Assembly (NCBI GenBank): GCA_963741715.1
Contig: CAVUJA010000002.1
Coordinates: 753,764 to 817,763, forward strand
DNA length: 64,000 bases
Reading direction: 5' to 3'
From: an uncultured Acidobacteriota bacterium
Lineage (GTDB): Bacteria; Acidobacteriota; Vicinamibacteria; Vicinamibacterales; Fen-181
Shown here: positions 63,133 to 64,000 of the stretch, piece by piece
Layout of the letters: every line of letters starts with the position of its first letter
How positions within the stretch are numbered: the stretch's first letter is position 1
Position numbers and translations under genes: made by a program
Notes under the pieces: model-generated
Seen by the model: only the letters and a program-made list of their open reading frames with translations
Told to the model about the DNA's origin: nothing
Database searches by the model: none

Positions 63133-64000
63133 CTACCGTGCGATCCCCGGGCAGGGGAAGGACGCGCAGAGATCGCGAACCTCGCCGGCGATCTTGTCCA
63201 GTTCCGCCTCGCTGGTCACGTGCTCGGCGACGCGGCTGAACCAGGACGCGATCTGCGCCATCTCCGGTTCCTTCATGCCGCGCGACGTCACCGACGGCGT
63301 GCCGAGCCGCAGGCCGCTCGGGTCGAACGGCTTGCGCGGATCGCCCGGCACCGTGTTGTAGTTGCACTCGAGCCCGGCACGATCCAGCGCCTTCGCGTAG
63401 GCCTTGCCGGTCATCCCCCGCGGCGTCACGTCCATCAGGATCAGGTGGTTGTCGGTGCCGCCCGACACGAGCTTGAAGCCGAGGCCGGCCAGGCCCTCGG
63501 CCAGCGCGCGCGCGTTCTTCACGATCTGGCGCGCGTACACCTTGAACTCGTCCGTGCCCGCTTCCTTCAACGCCACGGCGATGCCCGCGGTCGTGTGGTT
63601 GTGCGGGCCGCCTTGGAGTCCCGGGAAGACGGCCTTGTCGATCGCCTTGGCCATCTCCTCCGTGCAGAGCAGCATCGCGCCGCGCGGCCCGCGCAGCGAC
63701 TTGTGCGTCGTGGTCGAGACGACGTGCGCGTGCGGGATGGGGGTCGGGTGCGCGCCGCCGGCCACGAGCCCGGCGATGTGGGCCATGTCCACCAGCAGGC
63801 GGGCGCCGACTTCGTCGGCGATGGACCGCATGGCGGCGAAATCGATGATGCGCGGGTACGCGGTGGCGCCGGCGATCATCAGCTTCGGCCGCTCCTTGAC
63901 CGCCAGCTCGCGCACCTGGCCGTAGTCGATCAGCCCGGTCTCGATGTCGACCCCGGTACTGCACGCTGCGGAAGTAGGCGCCCGTGATCGAGACGTTCCA
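63133..64000 (-). CDS. glyA: Serine hydroxymethyltransferase, C-terminal two thirds (continues past window end), with an apparent single-base frameshift near 63955-63958
   Basis: VVSTTTHKSLRGPRG (PLP lysine) and the remaining C-terminal domain. Upstream of 63955 the GlyA-like sequence (WNVSITGAYFRSVQY) is in the adjacent frame relative to GVDIETGLIDYGQVRELAVKERPKL. Confidence 0.9.
   Translation of the reverse strand, partial: GTSRSRAPTSAACSTGVDIETGLIDYGQVRELAVKERPKLMIAGATAYPRIIDFAAMRSIADEVGARLLVDMAHIAGLVAGGAHPTPIPHAHVVSTTTHKSLRGPRGAMLLCTEEMAKAIDKAVFPGLQGGPHNHTTAGIAVALKEAGTDEFKVYARQIVKNARALAEGLAGLGFKLVSGGTDNHLILMDVTPRGMTGKAYAKALDRAGLECNYNTVPGDPRKPFDPSGLRLGTPSVTSRGMKEPEMAQIASWFSRVAEHVTSEAELDKIAGEVRDLCASFPCPGIAR

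Overview
This is a very GC-rich bacterial chromosomal window; third codon positions are almost always G or C. The gene content looks like Acidobacteriota: an ADOP-type duplicated orphan permease, TonB-dependent receptors and other proteins with CarboxypepD_reg domains, and a fused ccoNO. I call 45 protein-coding genes. I recognised no rRNA, tRNA, CRISPR array, transposase or integrase.

Layout:
- 1-5867 (-): cbb3 oxidase operon ccoNO-ccoQ-ccoP-ccoG-fixH-ccoI.
- 6192-13359: TPR protein, TonB-dependent receptor, AEC transporter, small membrane protein.
- 14027-23681 (+): HAMP-SpoIIE phosphatase, ADOP permease (frameshifted), SAM methyltransferase, OYE flavin reductase, pckG.
- 36910-23771 (-): cupin protein, Crp/Fnr regulator, ytfE/RIC, a 4-NBD tandem UvrA paralog, RRM protein, NYN-LOTUS protein, GNAT, and a PlsC-ACP-acyl-ACP-synthetase fusion.
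- 37069-39338 (+): thrB-thrC.
- 56568-39345 (-): a long run holding the PspA-centred envelope cluster described below, then D-aminoacylase, FadL, VOC protein, phosphoesterase, MFS transporter, amidohydrolase and a lipoprotein.
- 56825-63029 (+): small Cys/His protein followed by czcCBA.
- 63133-64000 (-): 3' part of glyA.

Most unusual observations:
1. Nearly every intergenic gap holds tandem arrays of a 7-nt unit (one family uses 8 nt). They fall into about 6-7 sequence families that recur tens of kb apart. Many are paired with their reverse complement, so the transcript could fold into a long hairpin. They abut or overlap stop codons.
2. A same-strand envelope cluster (56568-47465) encodes a secreted unknown, an amphipathic-helix coiled-coil unknown, PspA/IM30, a membrane-anchored SBP-OmpA fusion with its ABC permease and ATPase, a 2-TM coiled-coil protein and a classical AAA+ ATPase. 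This is my best candidate for an undescribed membrane-stress or remodelling system.
3. Three to four apparent single-base frameshifts occur in otherwise intact genes: ccoP, the ADOP permease, glyA, and possibly the start of the cupin gene. These need read-level checking.

All coordinates and translations come from reading the sequence and the ORF track. No database search was run.
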